Of a DNA stretch of 64,000 nt, positions 40,220 through 52,870 are shown one piece after another (positions within the stretch are counted from its first letter, which is position 1; each line of letters starts with the position of its first letter). Origin of the DNA: Octopus vulgaris (lineage: Eukaryota); NCBI GenBank assembly GCA_951406725.2, contig OX597818.1:21762001-21826000 (forward strand), read 5' to 3'. A model generated the notes under the pieces. The model had not been told where the DNA came from. It searched no databases and saw only the letters and a program-made list of their open reading frames with translations. A program made the position numbers and the translations under genes.

Positions 40220-40874
40220 TTGACTAATATTGTTTTCTTTTTCCTGACCAGACAATAATTTGTTAGTTTTTTAATGTTCATTTTATTAAATATGTAACAT
40301 TAATTTTACACACAATCCAAATCTAGTTTCAACATTCCACTTCAGTAACTTACACATATGTAAAATACACAGTTATATGTCATGGAAATAATTAAATGCA
40401 TATATATTATTTACACACTTGTATGCATGCATACACATGTGCATGCATGTGTCTTAATACTCTCAAGCATACACATGAACATACCTACACATATACATGT
40501 GCATTGCATACACACACGTGTGTGTGTGTGTAGAAGCAAACACACACATGCACACAACCAGCTGTTCTTGTTTGATTGTTTTTGTCTTTCAGTGGTTCTA
40601 TTTATTTTCAAAACAGTCCATTGCAGTCTGTTCAAGTACAGCACTAAGTGGAATTGGTTAATATTCGGAACATTGTTTATATATGAATGTTTGTTTTGTT
40701 TGATTTTAGAAAGCAAGAACAAATTCTCGGTTGGCAGAGCTTTGGACAGAAAACATTAATTCAGTACAGATAGAAATATATACATATGCATATTTGTAAA
40801 TATTTGTGTATAGTTATTTAGGTTAATGTGTACTGGGGGGATAACTAAATAGATTAGTGAGAAACAGTAAGTTT

Positions 40875-41305
40875 GTTGTTGTTGTTTAGTGCTAGGTCTA
40901 CCCTTATCCAGTAGACCTATGATCAAAGATGTTCTGTCATGGCATCACATCTTTTATCCATGTATAGTGTAACTAGGACTACATTTTCCAATGTGTTCTC
41001 CTCACCATTTTTTCTTAGGAAAGTCGGATTTAACGGAGCATTGGCTGCTATTTCTTGCATGTCAAACAGCTACACTAAAGGCCTCTTGATTTGGTTGGTT
41101 GATTGTTGTCATTTAGCTCCAGGTCAGTCCTAAACCGGGTGACCCATTATCAGAGTTATTCCAGCCATGACTATCCCATCTAGAACTACATTGTCATATA
41201 TGTTGCTTTCTTTTTTTAAAGACAGCATAGTGTGATTTTAGAAATATTTGGTTTTTATTTCTAGCAGGTTGAGCAACTATGTGGAGGCTCTCTCGTTAGC
41301 TTGGC
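40875..41305. mobile_element. Two tandem SINE-like family C repeats
   Basis: GTTGTTGTTTAG..AGACCTATGATCAAAG..ACTACATT..TTGGCTGCTATTTCT..GAGGCTC present twice. Confidence 0.7.
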
Positions 41306-41423
41306 ATGAGTGGGTGAGTTTGTAGAAGTAACTATAGTTTTTATTTTAAGATTTTCATTACTTCTATGGTCCTTTTATTTATATTAAGAATAAAATATTT
41401 GTGAATAAAGTGTTAAGAATAAA

Positions 41424-41652
41424 ATCATCATCATCATTGTTTAACATCTGCTTTCCATGCTAGCATGGGTTGGATGGTTCAACTGGGGTTTGGGAAGCCA
41501 GAAGGCTGCACCAGGCCCAGTCTGATCTGGCAATGTTTCTATGGCTGGATGCCAACCACTCCGTGAGTGTAGTGGGTGCTTTTTACGTGCCACCGGCACA
41601 GGTGCCAGACGAGGCTGGCAAGCGGCCACGATCGGATGGTGCTTTTTACATG
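41424..41652 (-). mobile_element. RTE LINE extreme 3' fragment (same subfamily as 10881)
   Basis: Near-identical to 10881-11120, including the ATCATCATC tail. Confidence 0.9.
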
Positions 41653-42859
41653 AATGTTTGTGAATGTTTACTTTATTGTAATTTGTACTTAATTGGTTTT
41701 AATTGTAGTGACTGGCAATACTTGTAAGATGTACTGTATTCAGTACTTGGATTTATCAGTTTGTGAATATGGTATCCTGATATACTTGTTTGCTTTGCAA
41801 TATTCATTGTATAACATTATTGGATGCACGAATTAATTTATTCAATACAGAAAAATTTTAATAGTAAACAGAACACTAGCATCATCAATGCAGTGAATGA
41901 AGACATTTCAATTAAATTACATTTGTAGTGATGATAAAATATTTGAATGACTAATTCTGGTAAAGAAAAGTTAGGGAGACAACTTTGAAATTTAGATTTA
42001 TCAAATTTAATTAAATATAGAATATGTTGGGGATTGAGTCTGGTCTCTGGCTACACTGACAACTCCAGACACATATTAATCTTCTAACACCTCTTCAGCA
42101 ATGCATAGTCTTATTGCATTGCCAGATTTTAGAATAGCCTGAGAAAATATGTGAAGGCATGTGACTCAGTGGTTTGGCACACGGCCATAATGTCATGAGT
42201 TCAATTCTTGAACTGGATGGCATGTTGGTACCTTAGTTGTAACTATCTTAACTTTTATTCAGAAATAGTATATCTATTATTCAACATGTTCTTGGAGATG
42301 TTAAGGTGTGATTTACGGGATATTTAGCTGCTGTTTCTGGCAGTTTGAAATTTAAGACTCCCTCATGTTATGCTTGTGTATCATATGTGGTATTCATTTT
42401 GTGATTCATCATTTTTGTTTTTTGGTTTGAAAATATGTAATATGCATATGATATACTAATAATCTTTATGATGTCCAGAGATTGTCTTGATTGAGATATT
42501 TTAGAAATTGAAGATTTTGGCCTTTTGTGATATAACAGTGCTTATTATAATAAGAATCTAGAATTGTATGCTATCTGTGTCAGTCATCAGTGCTCTTCTG
42601 ATTTATTGAATGTACTTAATCCTAACCTAAGATTATTATTATAGGTGGAGTTTCTATTTTACATAAAATGTTGTTACTGTTATCCTAGAATACAGATGAC
42701 ATTTGTATGCATGAGTGTGTGTGTGAGTCTGTGGGCTGACTTGTGTGTGTGTGTATGTGTCTATTTTCTAAAGAGGATCCTCTCAGTGTATGAACATATG
42801 TTTTTACTGAGACTGATGAACAGGTAAATAAATAGATGAACAGTTTATAATTCAGTTTC

Positions 42860-43245
42860 CATGTCCTTCCTCACCTGTGGTCACGAATATTGGATAATGA
42901 CCAAAAGGGTACAATTATGAATACAAGTGGCCAAAGTGGGGTTCCTCTGAAGGATTTTTGGATCTCAGAGATCAGAGAGCCTCTCCAAGTAGAGCTATAA
43001 CTTCTTCACGTTGAGAGGTCACAGCTCTAGTACTATGGACATGTGATTAGAATATTGCAGGTGACTTAGGAGTAGACCAAGAATGAGATGGCTGGATAAT
43101 AGCCATAGTCTCAGTTGTCTATGCTTGGGAATTGAGCTGAAAAGTTTAATGACAAATGCATTTGATAGAACCCTATGGAGGAAGTGCCTGAGACTCTACC
43201 CCCATGACCCTTCCAGGAATAGTGAGCAGTGAAGATATATGAATG
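42860..43245 (+). mobile_element. Degenerate RTE-clade (Rex3/Expander-like) LINE 3' fragment
   Basis: LTCGHEYWIMTKRVQL*IQVAKVGFL*RI ... LLHVERSQL*YYGHVIRI ... PRMRWLD, with stops. Confidence 0.65.
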
Positions 43246-43836
43246 GAGTTATTTAGTGAGTCAAAGGTACCAGAGATAATTATTTTTAGTATTTGAGATA
43301 AATATGAGAATATTCATAAAGATCAGTATTACAGTATTTGTTTACTAGTATTTTTGTCTATTCTCCAAATCATTTAAAAGGTTTTCCCCTACTCTAGACT
43401 GTCTATGAGTTTGTAGACATTGAAAATCATTATCAAATTACACTCCTTTATTTGGATATACACAGTTGATTTGTTGAATGAATATACACTTAACTTGGCA
43501 ATTGAGAAGGGTCAAAAACTTGATTGGGAATGTGTACTTGAAAAGGGTGGGGAGAAGATAATTTAAAAGTAGCTAAGTGAAGGGAATGTTCCTATCGGTG
43601 TAAACATCCGGTTTGGTGGTTTGTACAAACAGTACACTGTGTTTACAGAGGAGATACAAATAATGGTTAAATGTAGGGTAGTTAGGGCATAGGTAGTCAA
43701 TGAACTTCTCCACCCTCACCAAACTGGACAAATGGTTTTAACCAGGTTCCATCCAACCCTTAAGCCTTATGTTAAACACGCCTACTCAAAAGCCATCATC
43801 AAAGCTTAAGGTGAACTTAATCTTTGACTTGGCTAA

Positions 43837-43914
43837 ACACACACACACACACACACACACATACACACACACACATACACACACACACACTCTCTCTCTC
43901 TCTCTCTCTCTCCC

Positions 43915-43952
<38 letters not shown>
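43837..43952. repeat. (CA)n(CT)n compound microsatellite
   Basis: Direct reading. Confidence 0.95.
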
Positions 43953-43956
<4 letters not shown>

Positions 43957-45754
43957 GCCTACTACTTCTCACACCTCTTCCTTACTGCAATAAATTATCA
44001 GCTTAGCCACTACATTTTCCCATGTATTCATAAGCCAAAGGTTGGGTGGAATGCTTTATTTTTTTTTCCTTTTTAACTGCTTCTTATTTTAGAAATATAT
44101 TTTAAATGGTCGTCATATTTTAGAGTATAGTTGTATTTATAGCATTTGTATTTATGATTTTTAATTTATAATATTGTTGTATTTATTATAGTTATTATAT
44201 TTTTACCAATTATTAATAAATAATGATAAAAAGCAAATATATCTGCACCAAATCCAACAATATTCCTGTGTAGTTCCTTGTGCCAAATACACTCATTATA
44301 ATAATGAGTATTGTTTCTATTCAACCTCAAAGGATTTTACTAGAAATTAGACAAAGGTAAAGCCCTTGAGTTTTTAATGAACCAAAAGGAATCTATTGAA
44401 TTAACTTGTCAAACAATAAAGCTGTGGGTAAGGTCATAAGTGACGTCATCTAGTTTTGTGAGTATGTAGTTCAGTTGAAGAATGTCACCGATAACTTATC
44501 ACCTGGGTGCTTGTTTTATCAGACACCTTTATTGATATTTTTTCTTGTTCGATTTGAAATGATAAATATTTGAAATTTCTGCTGTTGTGACAAATAGCAT
44601 ACCACTTCTTCATTACTCATGCATCCTCTTCTTTCATTTCAATATGATGGATTATCTACTTGTTAGATTAATCTTTTTCCAGGGATTAGTATTATTACTG
44701 TTCGTTCAACCATCCTAATGATAGATTGATAAAGTAAACAAAAGGCATTGCTTAGTAAAGCCTCTTTAACACAATAGCTCAAATCAGTTTTTTATTTTTT
44801 AATCAATGTATATAGTTCACTACATTTACTACAATGGTTATAAAAAAAATTTTGAATACGACAGGTAATGTCTCGGTTTTGTTTTTGTTTGGTTGCTCCG
44901 AATATTGATGTTTGTGCATATATATGTTCTATTTTATATTTCCGTTTTGTTATCTATCTTATTCATATAAGAAAGAAAGAAATATTTGCTCTCCATTATT
45001 TGTTCACTATTTAGTAGCTTTGTAATTGTGAGAAATGTTGTTGTTATGCTGTTAAGAGAGAAAAACAGAAATAGTTTGAGTTTGGGCAGACAGTTTTAGA
45101 AAATAATAGCAACGATGATGAAGATAATGATGAATAAATGGTAATGATGACACTATTGATAATGATGATAATAATAACAATAATAATGGTTATCTAAAGT
45201 TTTTTGTAGTTACATATTTATATAATTTTTTTAATTATCAACATTAATTAAATTTCATTGATACGCTCATCCTTTTCTAATGAGGGTAGTTTATTTCTTA
45301 TTTTTATTGCGGGGATTTCAAATTCTCTCTCTCTCTCTCTCTCTCTAAATAAATAAATAAATATAGTTTCAAATATGACTGGTTAATAAGTTTGCATTGC
45401 AACCACATGGTTTTGGGTTCTATCCCAGTGCTTGGCCCCTTGAGCAAGTTTCTTTTGTTGTAGCTTTGGGCTGACCAATGCCTTGTGAATGAAATTTGGT
45501 AGAGGGAAACTGAACAGATGCTTGTCATTTATGAATTTATGTGAATGTTTCTCTTCACACTGACATCACTTAAGCAATGATACTGTAGCTTGTCAGATTC
45601 ATCTGTGTTGATGTATGAAGATTGATGAAATAAAAATAGCTCAGTTGAAAAACATGCAGTGGTTTACAACAAGAAGGGCATCCTGCTGTAGGCTACTGCC
45701 CCAACATCTTGTTCAGCTCATGCTAACAAGGAAAAAGCAGGCATAAAAATGACA

Positions 45755-47160
45755 CAATAGTGGCCATAATATAAGGGCCAGTAAGAACAAATGTTTTGAA
45801 ATAGTTATAGAAGATTAACAACACGTTAAAACTATATATTTTACATATATTTAGATAAATCTAAAATCTTTTGTGAAAATTCCAAGTGAATGGAATAAAT
45901 ATTTTGTAAGCTATGAGGAAATAAACAATCTATCTCCCAAATTGCAGTGACCAAAAGTTAAGGGTCACTTAGAAAAAATGAACTACTAACCGATGTATTT
46001 GTTGTTTAGAAGACTGTTAATGGGCTAACAGTTACTTCTTATGATCTTACATTATTGGAACATTCAACTGTCAACATGGCGGCTTGTGAAAGACGACCAG
46101 TGTCCTGTGATGAAAAACAAAGGATTATATGCCTTCAACAAGAGGGCAGGTCAAATTCTGTGATAGCAACTACTGTAGAAAGGTCTAGAAATGTTGTGCA
46201 ATGAATTGTAACTCATTTTAAGTAGACCTCATAAAAGTTCACCAAGACAGGATTGTGTTATGGTTAGAATGTCACTGAAAGACAGGTTTAAGAGTGCTGC
46301 CGAGATATCCTGCAAGTTTAGCTCACTTCTGATGTCAACGTATTGCACAAAACAGTTTCTTGGAGGTTATTAGGCTTTGGGTTGCTTGCTCAGGCACCAG
46401 CAAAGAAACTTCTGATCTCCAAAAAGAATCAAAGAGCCTGTCTTCGTTTTGCTCACAAACATGTCATTTGGACAGGAGAACATTGGTCACAGGTTCATTT
46501 TAGTGATGAATCAAAGTTTAATGTGATTGGTTCTGATGGCAGGATGTACATCTGACAAAGAAGTGGCAAAAGGTTATTTTATGCATGTGTGAAGAAGACA
46601 GTGAAATATGGAGGAGGCAGTGTAATGGTATGGGGAGTGATCTCTGCTGCTGGTCCTGGTCCACTTATTTGCTTACAAGGGACTGTCAGTGATGAAATCT
46701 ACAAGCAGATTCTTAGATAGCATGCCCTTCCCCATCTCTGATCCTTCTCAGTTCAACCTGCTATCTTTGTGCAGGACAATGCTCCCTGTCACACTGTGAA
46801 GAGTGTCAAAGATTTTACGAATGGAACAATATTACTCCATCATTTTGCAAGAAATTAATTCACTTTTGTGGTAACAAATGGTAGGAGGTCATTGATAGTA
46901 AATGAATGTTCACAAAATATTAATAGTAAGGGTTTCTTTATTGTTCTTGTTCCATTTTTCATTGTTTTCCTAAGTGACCCTTAACTTTTGGCCATTGCAG
47001 TTTGGATGATTATTTGTTTATTTCCTTGTAACTTACAAAATATTTATTCCATTCACTTGAAATATTCTCAAAAGATAGATATATTTAAATGTGTTAGTCT
47101 CCTCTAATAAATATTTCAATACGCTTGTTCTTACTGACCCTTATATCATGGCTGTTACAG
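45755..47160 (+). mobile_element. Degenerate Tc1-family DNA transposon with long IR/DR-type TIRs; transposase pseudogene about 46076-46923
   Basis: TIRs of about 200-225 bp (45755-45980 vs 46960-47160), each with an internal direct repeat. HTH N-terminus MAACERRP...; WSQVHFSDESKFN, VKYGGGSVMVWG and FVQDNAPCH motifs; several stops and a deletion removing the SPDLNPIE motif. Confidence 0.92.
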
Positions 47161-47279
47161 TACATGTGTGCACACATAAGCAAACACATATGCATTCATA
47201 TATATGCACACGGAAACACTTGAATGTGCATACTAAGCAGTATTGAGCAGAATATTTCATCTTGGTTCTTGAACATGTG

Positions 47280-47322
47280 CATTGATAACAGAATGAATAC
47301 TTTATTCATTCTGTTATCAATG
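47280..47322. other. Perfect 20-bp palindrome with 3-nt spacer
   Basis: CATTGATAACAGAATGAATA-CTT-TATTCATTCTGTTATCAATG. Confidence 0.95.
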
Positions 47323-47329
47323 TTATCTA

Positions 47330-48365
47330 TTGGGTCATCCCATAAATAATGTGGTTTTTTATACTTCCTTTTCAAAATTAAGATAAACAAAGTTCTTTTT
47401 TAATCTAAAATTTACTCTTCTTCATTTTCTACAATGCTCTTCCATCTATCTGGTAGACTTGTAAGGCCCCTCTTCTAAAATTCACTTGTCTGTGATGAAA
47501 AATACTCCTCCAGTACAGTTCTGACCTTATCTACAGAATTCATATTTTTTTCATCCAAATGATTTTGAAGACTGCAGAATAAATGATAATCAGATGGGGC
47601 AATGTCTGGCGAATTTGGTGGGTGGGGCATTGTTTCCCATTCAAACTGCTTCAGCCTTTGAAATGTCATCCTTGCTTTATGTGGCTAAGCATTATCCTGA
47701 TGGAAGAACACCTTTCGTCTTGAAACCAAAGTTGGTTGGGTTTTTTCTGGTGCTGACTTAAGCCACTCAAGCTGCTCACAGTAGATCTCCTTTGTTAACA
47801 TTTGGTTTGGGTTTAAAAGTTCAAAGTGGACTAAACCTTTCATATCCCACCAAACAGATAACAACACCTTACATGGGTGAAGACCTACTTTAGCCTGGGG
47901 TGCTGCTGTTTCTCATTTCCCTACCCACTGTCTTCAGCACTTGACATTTTTATAGGGAACCCATTTCTCATTACAAGTCACTATTTGGTCCAAAAAAGGT
48001 TCATTCGTGAGACATGGCAGCAAAGAAGAGCACATATTCACACTCTGTGCGTGATTAGACCTGGGAAGTTTGTGCAGAACCCATTGACCCAATTTGCTGA
48101 TTTCTCCAATGGTAAGCAGGTGTTAATGAATGGTTGAATAACCAAATCCAAGCTTTTTTGCTAGTTCCTCAACAGTTATGATGAGGTTTTGAAAAAATAA
48201 CAGTTAAAATCAAATTGCACTCTTCAAAACCCACACTAAGAATAAGCGCAAGGTAAAATTACTTCCTGCTTTTATAGCAAGTTGATGCAGGTAGTTTATC
48301 CAATCTACCTCCGACTTTTAGTTCATGCAATTGATAAAACCTCACTATATATGAGAAGACTTGAC
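47330..48365 (-). mobile_element. Mariner (DD34D) transposon relic, internally deleted
   Basis: LLSVWWDMKGLVHFELL, VFFHQDNA and WETMPHPPNSPDIAPSDYHLF motifs; left end TA|TTGGGTCATCCCATAAATAATGTGGTTTT with a degenerate inverted counterpart near 48336-48365. Confidence 0.9.
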
Positions 48366-48979
48366 CATAGGCACATCTATGTAGTCACAGTCTTTTGGGA
48401 AACTAATCTTTTTCAAATCACACTCTTATCAATTTATATAAAGACACACTAGATAAGATAGTCTTACCCCTAAAAAAAATGAGATGGCCATGATTCACAC
48501 AACTTTGTTCATAGGCCAACAACAACAACCTTAAATAGTTCAGTCCACCAGGCTGTAAAGAAGTACTGCAATACAAGCTGAAATGGTGTATTGTTATTGT
48601 CAGTGGCAGATTGCAGACTTGAGTCATCTTTTGTTGACATGCATGGCCAAGTTGAACTTTGTTGTGAGCATGCCCAGAAGAAGTTTTGGTGTTCTACTTA
48701 CCATTCATTGATGGATACTCTTGACTACAAAATGTATCAGTTCCTCTGACATCAAGCACATCAGCTGAGTTAGGAATGTAAAATTCACTGGTTGCTCAAA
48801 ACAGTTGATTCTTCTCACTTGCAAAATTTTCATGTTTTTTCTTACAGAAGAAATATTGCACTATAATGCAGTTTTTACTATGAGGCTCTAATTTCAGTTA
48901 AATAAAGGTACAGAAAGAATTAATAGATGTTAATAAGTATCAGATATCAGATACAACCAAATTTCAACATCGTAAACTT

Positions 48980-49478
48980 GTTGAAGTGACTGCACTGGTA
49001 TAAAAGATGGGCTACAGCAAATATTCTGCTCAATACCACAGATTTGCTTGTTACTTGTTTGACCGTAACCAGTTGAGCATGTTCCTTAGTGGCTGACAAT
49101 ATGTGCATCTCTGATCACATGCAGAAGTAGTGGGGAAGCACCATAGCCATGTGTTGAGAGGAATTCTTTGGAGTTTGGATAATTCACCTTTGGAAACATA
49201 AGTATTTTGTTCAACATTCTTAAACAACCCTTATTCAGAGACCTTTTGAGCGGGATGGGCTACTCAACCTGAAGAAAATTCTAACTGGGTCCCCATTTGC
49301 AAGGTCATGCACTTTTTATCTTGATATGAGATCACCATGTCGTGCACATATGCCTGTGATACATGTGACTGGTGTACCCTTGGGTAGTCACAATGGGTAT
49401 ACTGAGCTTTGTATATTTGTACCCCAGTGTCACTTTGATGGCATGCACTGTTCTCTCATTCAATAATAATAATAATAA
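48980..49478 (+). mobile_element. Interspersed repeat ending in an (AAT)n tail (probable LINE 3' UTR or SINE)
   Basis: Relatively GC-rich block ending CTCTCATTCAATAATAATAATAATAAT; family not assignable. Confidence 0.5.
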
Positions 49479-50612
49479 TCCTTTTTATAGACACAAGATC
49501 AGCAATTGTGAAAGATGGGGAACTTGATTACATTGACCCCAGTGCTCAGCTGGTACTTATTTCATTGGCCCTGAAAGGATGAAAGGCAATGTCAACTTTG
49601 GCAGAATTTGCACTAAGAACATAAAAGCTGGAAGCAATGCCACTGAGCATTTTGTCCAACATGCTAACAACTCTGCCAGCTTGTCACCTTATAATTTTTT
49701 CCCACTATTGGCATAAAGTCTGAAATTTTGAGGGAGAGGGGCAAGTCGATTACATTGACTTCAATATTTGACTGGTAAATATTTTATTGGCCCTGAAAAG
49801 ATAAAAGGCAAAGTTGACCTCAGCAGAATTTGAGTGATTCTAAAGGCTGCTAATTTAATAATAGTAATCCTTTCTACTACAGGCACAAGGCTTGAAATTT
49901 TTGGGGAGGAGACTAGTCGATTACATTGACCCCAGTATTTCACTGTTTCATAATGTGAATCCTCGTCCATTTGCATGTTTTTGCTGGTACTATAATATTC
50001 TTGTTACCCCTATTGTTTTGGTGGTATTCTGCGTTTTACTATCTTTGACTCGTCTATCATGCTATCACTGATAGCTCCACAAGACAATGACTTGTCTACC
50101 TTGACATTAACTTGAACTTGTATATATTGTGTAACTGACACTGACTCCAACTGAGAACTCATACAACAACTCTACTACTCCTGACTTCCCACTACAACTG
50201 ACTGTCTGACTTTATAGTGGCTGACTCATATCACTTTGTCACGTGGGAAGGGGAATATCATTTTCATTACAATACACTGGTACTTAATTCATCGACCCTG
50301 AAAGGATGAAAGGCAAAGTCGACCTCAGCGGAATTTGAACTCAGAACATAGCAATGGGTAAAATACCACTAAGCACTTCATCCAGTGAGTTAACAATTCT
50401 GCCAGCTTGCCACCTTTAGTAATAATCCTTTCTACTATAGGCACAAAACCTGAAATTTTTGGGGAAGGGGCTAGTCGATTACATCAACCCCAGTGCAAAG
50501 ATGAAAGGCAAAATCAACCTCAGTGGAATTTGAACTCAGAACATAGCGACAGGGGAAATACTGCTAAGCATTTCACCTGGCATGTTAAACGATTCTGCCA
50601 GCTCGTCACCTT
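49478..50612 (-). mobile_element. Head-to-tail cluster of four SINE family A copies, one split by a solo LTR
   Basis: Repeated CCTTTCTACTA..GGCACAA..TGAAATTTT..GATTACATTGAC..GAAAGGCAAAGT..AATTTG motifs at about 49478, 49700, 49867 and 50425. Confidence 0.85.
49944..50271 (-). mobile_element. Solo LTR (328 bp, TG...CA) inserted inside a SINE
   Basis: Interrupts the SINE core CCCAGTATTTCAC|TGGTACTTAAT; ends TGTTTCAT...CATTACA; imperfect 6-bp TSD TTTCAC/ATACAC; TATAAA on the minus strand. Confidence 0.7.
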
Positions 50613-51841
50613 TATTATAATAATAATAATAATAATAATAATAGTAGTAATAATAATTGATTCATATTTAAAAACCTATCTCTTCCCATCTTTCATTTAT
50701 TAAACAAATATATATACTTAGAATATGCTATTTCTCTAATCAATAGGCTTAATGGGGATTATAGGATCTAGTTTGAGTTTTTCTATTACTATTTTTCACT
50801 CATCTTGAAATGTCTGTTAATTTAATTTATAAATGTGCTATGTTTGTGGCAAAAGAACTATAAAACTTAGAATTAGGAACTCGAATATAAGAAGCTGATT
50901 TTCACACCAATATGGTAACCCATCTAGTATATCCTGCATGGGAAAACCTGAAGATGGGGGCAGGCTGGTGGAGGAGAGAGGAAGAGATGGATTATGATGA
51001 GGATTTGATATCTAGTGCATTGTATGTTTCAGTATTTACTTGAGATGACAGGAAACAAAATGGGTTAATGTACTTTAATAATATTTGCTCTTTAGAAATT
51101 ATCAAAGAAAGTGTTATTTTTCCTCTCCTCCCTCCTCATCCTCAGTCCCATCACTACTATTTTTTACAACGTCTATATTATCCCCATTTCACATTAGACT
51201 CACCCACTGCCAAAGAATTCCTGTCATTTATTCATAAATTAGCAAATAGTCTATGCTTGAATTAAGCTAGAAACTCCCTGGTAAGAAGCAGAATGTTTTG
51301 GCAAAATATTTCAAGTCTCTGGCATACTGTGTTGAATGATATGTAATTAATGTACACTTTATCAATTGTTTATACTCAACAACTCATTTTCTTTATACAC
51401 ATAATACCTTCTAAGTATTTCTGAGTATCCATCCACTCACTCACTGCAATAAGAAATAAGTCAATTCATTTATCCTAATAGTCATTTCAGAAATCAAAAG
51501 TTAATTTCTTCTTTGGAATTTTGACCCATTTCATTGACTTTCTGTGAGCAAATAAATGTTTTAAGCAATTTTCAAGGAAAATAGCTGTATCACTCAGTTA
51601 TCATTAGAGGAAGAGAAGACCAAGAAGCTGTTTGTTTCATTATATGTATTTGAGATAAACAAATTGCTTGAAATTTTCTCCTAATTTGTGTGTATGTGTG
51701 TGTTAGAAAGTGAGAAACATTTTTGACAGTTCATCAACGAAGTAGTTACAGCTTTTGTTTATTTTCTCTTTTATGTTTATCGTGCAAAGGAAGACATAGA
51801 ACCATTTATTTTAATACTTCAATGGATCTAATATGTTATAA

Positions 51842-52310
51842 CGATTTCAAATTTTGGCATAGACGCAGAAGTTTTTGCGAGAAGAGGGAAGTTAATTATA
51901 TTGCCAGTACTTGACTGGTACTTACCTTATTGACCCCAAAAGGATGGGAGGTAAACTTAGCCTGAGTGGAATTTGAACTCAGAACATAAAGACAGGCAAA
52001 ATGCCACTAAACATTTTGCCCGGCATGCTAATGATTTTGCCAGCTTACCACTATGTATTTTTTATTAAAAACAGTAATAATAATAATATCAGTGATTTCA
52101 AATTTTGGTACAACACCAACAATTTTGGTGGGGAAAGGTTATTCAATTACTTTGATTCAATGCTTGAATGGTACTTTATTTTATCAACCTCAAAAGGATG
52201 GACGACAAATTTGACTGTTGCAGTATTTGATCTCAAACTCTAAGGAGTCAGAAGAACTACTGCAAGATATTTCTGTCATCACTCTAACAATTCTTCCAAT
52301 CCAGTACCTT
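51842..52310 (-). mobile_element. Two tandem SINE family A copies
   Basis: GATTTCAAATTTTGG..GGTACTT..AAGGATGG..ATTTGA(A/T)CTCA motifs present twice. Confidence 0.75.
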
Positions 52311-52321
52311 AATAATAACAC

Positions 52322-52870
52322 TAAGAGATGGTGAAGTATGATCTTTGAACTTTGGGCCTCATAGAGGTGATGGCTAAGATCTTTGGTGATATGCTTGAGA
52401 AGACCTGTGAAGCCAAGTGAAATCATAGTTGTGGCTGATGCTAGTGTCACATAACTGGCACCCATGCCAGTGGCACATAAAAAGCACCTTTTGAGTGGGC
52501 CTTGTGGAGGCAAAGTGGCCAATGCTGGTAGCATGTGAAAAGCATCTTTCAAGTGTTGTTGGGCCACACAATGGCAATGATAAATGACCGAGGCCTTTGG
52601 CATTATGTCATTATTGAGAAGAAGACCCATCAAACCAAGTTAAATTGTGGAAGACACTAGTGTGATGCAAATGGCACCCATGTCAATAGCCCATGGAAGC
52701 ACCCATTACACTCTCAGAGTGGTTGGCTTTAGAAGGGCATTCAGCCATAGAAACCATGCCAAATCAGACTGGAGTCTGGTGCAGCCTTCCAGCTTACCAG
52801 CCCTGGTCAAACTGTCCAGCCCATGCCAGCAGGGACAACAAATGTTAAACAATGATGATGATGATGATAA
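52322..52870 (+). mobile_element. RTE LINE 3' end, + orientation, (GAT)n tail
   Basis: Reverse complement of the 10881-11530 copy (VKYDL*TLGLIEV; CCAAATCAGACTGG..TGGTGCAGCCTTC..GATGATGATGATGAT). Confidence 0.85.

Noticed and set aside
52190-52633. Longest ORF in the track (147 aa, minus strand)
   Set aside because: Spans a SINE and the antisense strand of an RTE 3' end; no domain signal.
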